Positions 61,764 through 64,000 of a DNA stretch of 64,000 nucleotides are shown here, in pieces (position 1 is the first letter of the stretch; the number at the start of each line of letters is the position of its first letter). The notes below the pieces were generated by a model. It was not told where the DNA came from. It worked only from the letters and a program-made list of their open reading frames with translations, and did no database searches. The stretch spans positions 3,301,113 to 3,365,112 of the forward strand of contig OW818654.1 in NCBI GenBank assembly GCA_942492935.1, given 5' to 3'. This DNA is from an uncultured bacterium (lineage in GTDB: Bacteria; Bacteroidota; Ignavibacteria; Kapaibacteriales; UBA2268). Made by a program: the position numbers and the translations under genes.

Positions 61764-63260
61764 TTAGAAAAAACTCTTAGCTAAATCAATCAAAAATGAT
61801 GGTAAAATACCAAGTAAAAATACACCTGCTAAACATATAGCCAAAGTAAAATGAGATGATTTAACATCAGCAACAAGTGCTTCCCCTTCTTTTTCTTTGA
61901 AATACATATTCAATACAAGTCCAATATAGAACCACATTGAAATTATCGAGGAAATAACAGCAATTATAGTTAGCCAAGTGTAACCTGAATGTATTGCTGC
62001 TGTAAATAACATATATTTACCCGGAAATCCAGCCATTGGTGGAATACCGGCTAATGAGAACATAAATACTGCCATTAAAGCAGCAAGATATGGATGTGAT
62101 TTGCGTAAACCAGCATAATCTGAAATTTGTTGGAATTTATCAGAATCACGCTCTAAAACTCCAACAATAACAAAAGCTCCAATTTGCATAAACATATATG
62201 CAGTTGAGTAAAAAATTATACCCGCAAAACCATTTTCATTATTTGCTACAATTCCCATCAATAAATAACCAGCATGTGCTACTGATGAGTAAGCTAACAT
62301 TCTTTTTACATTTTTTTGTGCTATAGCAGTTATATTACCAATAAGCATAGTTGCAGCAGAAATTATTGCAATAATAAAAGTAGCATTACTTGCATACTCT
62401 TTTATCAATAACATTTTTTCATCAATCAATTGAGCTGGAAAATTCGTAGGTATTAATGATTTTGCAATGATTATGAATGCAACAAGTGCAGCCGCTTTTC
62501 CAGCTGTACTCATAAATCCTGTTACAACAGTTGGCGAACCAGTATAAACGTCAGGTGCCCATTGATGAAAAGGAAATGCAGCAACTTTGAATGATAAGCC
62601 AATTATTAATAATGCCAAGCCAATTTGCAAATAAATATTCAACACATCACCAGAAGCAACTTTTGCAGCAATTTCATTCAATTGTAGTGAACCAGTAGCA
62701 CCGTAAATCAATGACATTCCGTAAAGTAAAAATCCGGTTGCAAATGAACCCAAAATAAAATACTTCAATGCTGCTTCAACAGAAATTAATCTTGTTCTGA
62801 TAAATCCCGCTAAAACATAAAAAGTAATAGACATTATTTCTATTCCGATGAATATAGTTACCATACTATTAGAGTGAGCTATAATCATCATTCCGCTTAT
62901 TGTAAATACAATTAATGAATAAAATTCTTTATATTCACCATACTCTCTTGTTAAAAATGGTCTTGAAGCTACAATTGTTAAAATTCCAGCTAAAGCAAAA
63001 AGAATATCAAAAAAAGCTGCATAGCCACCAAATGTTATCATACCCTTAGATATTGTACCTTCATAAGCTAATTTAACTAAATCACCAGTTGGTAATGTAA
63101 GAGTATATATTGCAGCTAATCCAACCAAAGTAAGACTAATTATAGAATAATAAAAAGTAACAATTTTATTTTTTCCTGAAAAAGCATCAACCAAAATTAC
63201 TGAAATAGCAAATATAAAAATCAGAGTTAATGGAAGACCGTATATTAATTCTTGTATCAT
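61764..63260 (-). CDS. nuoN: NADH-quinone oxidoreductase subunit N
   Basis: EAALKYFILGS, FKVAAFPFHQWAPDVYTG, KRMLAYSSVAHAGY, SLAGIPP. Confidence 0.95.
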   Translation of the reverse strand: MIQELIYGLPLTLIFIFAISVILVDAFSGKNKIVTFYYSIISLTLVGLAAIYTLTLPTGDLVKLAYEGTISKGMITFGGYAAFFDILFALAGILTIVASRPFLTREYGEYKEFYSLIVFTISGMMIIAHSNSMVTIFIGIEIMSITFYVLAGFIRTRLISVEAALKYFILGSFATGFLLYGMSLIYGATGSLQLNEIAAKVASGDVLNIYLQIGLALLIIGLSFKVAAFPFHQWAPDVYTGSPTVVTGFMSTAGKAAALVAFIIIAKSLIPTNFPAQLIDEKMLLIKEYASNATFIIAIISAATMLIGNITAIAQKNVKRMLAYSSVAHAGYLLMGIVANNENGFAGIIFYSTAYMFMQIGAFVIVGVLERDSDKFQQISDYAGLRKSHPYLAALMAVFMFSLAGIPPMAGFPGKYMLFTAAIHSGYTWLTIIAVISSIISMWFYIGLVLNMYFKEKEGEALVADVKSSHFTLAICLAGVFLLGILPSFLIDLAKSFF

Positions 63261-63277
63261 AATTTCCTTACCTTTTA

Positions 63278-64000
63278 TTATTTCTTAATTTGATTTTGTG
63301 AATTTGGAACTGTTTTAGTAGTCTGTTTAATTTCAGGTAACTGATATGTAGATTTTCCAAATTTCAATAATTCTAATTTATTAACTAATGCTCTTGTTGA
63401 ATTCTCTGAAATATTCAAGAATGTTTTAGGATAAACTCCAATCCAAACAATGAATATGACTATTGGCACCAACATAGACCATTCTGATTTGTTCATATCT
63501 GTTAAATGATGATTTTTAGGATTGTCATTTGTTCCATACATAACTCGCTGGAACATCCATAAAAGATAAACAGCAGCAAAAATCACACCTGAAGCACCAA
63601 CAATTGTAAACCAATATGAATTTAAAAATGGTGATTTGAATGCACCAAGTAAAGTTAAAAATTCACCAACAAATCCGTTCAAACCTGGTAATCCTACTGA
63701 AGCAAACATCGCAATAGCAAAAAATACAGTAAAATTAGGCATAATACGTGCTATGCCACCATATTCTGAAATTTCTCTTGTATGTCTTCTTTCATACAAA
63801 AATCCAACACAAAGGAATAACATACCTGTTGATAAACCGTGATTTACCATTTGAATGATTGCACCCTGAATACCTTCGGCAGTCATAGAAAAAATACCGA
63901 GAACTACGAACCCAAGATGGGAAACCGATGAATATGCAACAAGTCGTTTAATATCTGTTTGAACCATTGCTACTAATGCACCATAAATAATACCGATTAC
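63278..64000 (-). CDS. nuoM: NADH-quinone oxidoreductase subunit M (5' part lies outside the window)
   Basis: KRLVAYSSVSHLGF, HGLSTG, LYERRHTR, GLPGLNGFVGEF; frame stays open to the window edge. Confidence 0.93.
   Translation of the reverse strand, partial: VIGIIYGALVAMVQTDIKRLVAYSSVSHLGFVVLGIFSMTAEGIQGAIIQMVNHGLSTGMLFLCVGFLYERRHTREISEYGGIARIMPNFTVFFAIAMFASVGLPGLNGFVGEFLTLLGAFKSPFLNSYWFTIVGASGVIFAAVYLLWMFQRVMYGTNDNPKNHHLTDMNKSEWSMLVPIVIFIVWIGVYPKTFLNISENSTRALVNKLELLKFGKSTYQLPEIKQTTKTVPNSQNQIKK

Overview
A very AT-rich (roughly 27-30% GC by eye) bacterial chromosomal window from an FCB-group organism. T9SS C-terminal sorting domains, lipoproteins and a TTTG-N19-TAnnTTTG promoter point to a Bacteroidota/Kapabacteria/Ignavibacteria-like lineage; this is an inference. 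Core genes: two tRNA-Leu, tig, ugd, purB, lysC, a tandem double adk, CIRCE-groES-groEL, nuoM(partial)-nuoN. Two accessory islands are present. (i) About 11-20.3 kb: an intact IS1380 with TIRs and a TATAA target duplication, a motor-less restriction-methylase fusion plus S subunit with RhuM and a HEPN protein inserted between them, and two TA modules interleaved with a triplicated CCATCG motif. (ii) About 53.3-55.4 kb, after groEL: TA-type genes delimited by three copies of one hairpin. Other notable items are a PEMT-PAP2-Lgt triple fusion, a 19-heme CbcL-like c/b cytochrome, two genes broken by single-base frameshifts (a SAM methyltransferase and a ~2037 aa S8-RCC1-T9SS protease), and nested palindromic REP/MITE-like repeats, including a 6-copy 33-bp tandem array that is not a CRISPR. 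All protein family calls come from motif recognition by eye, not from database searches.
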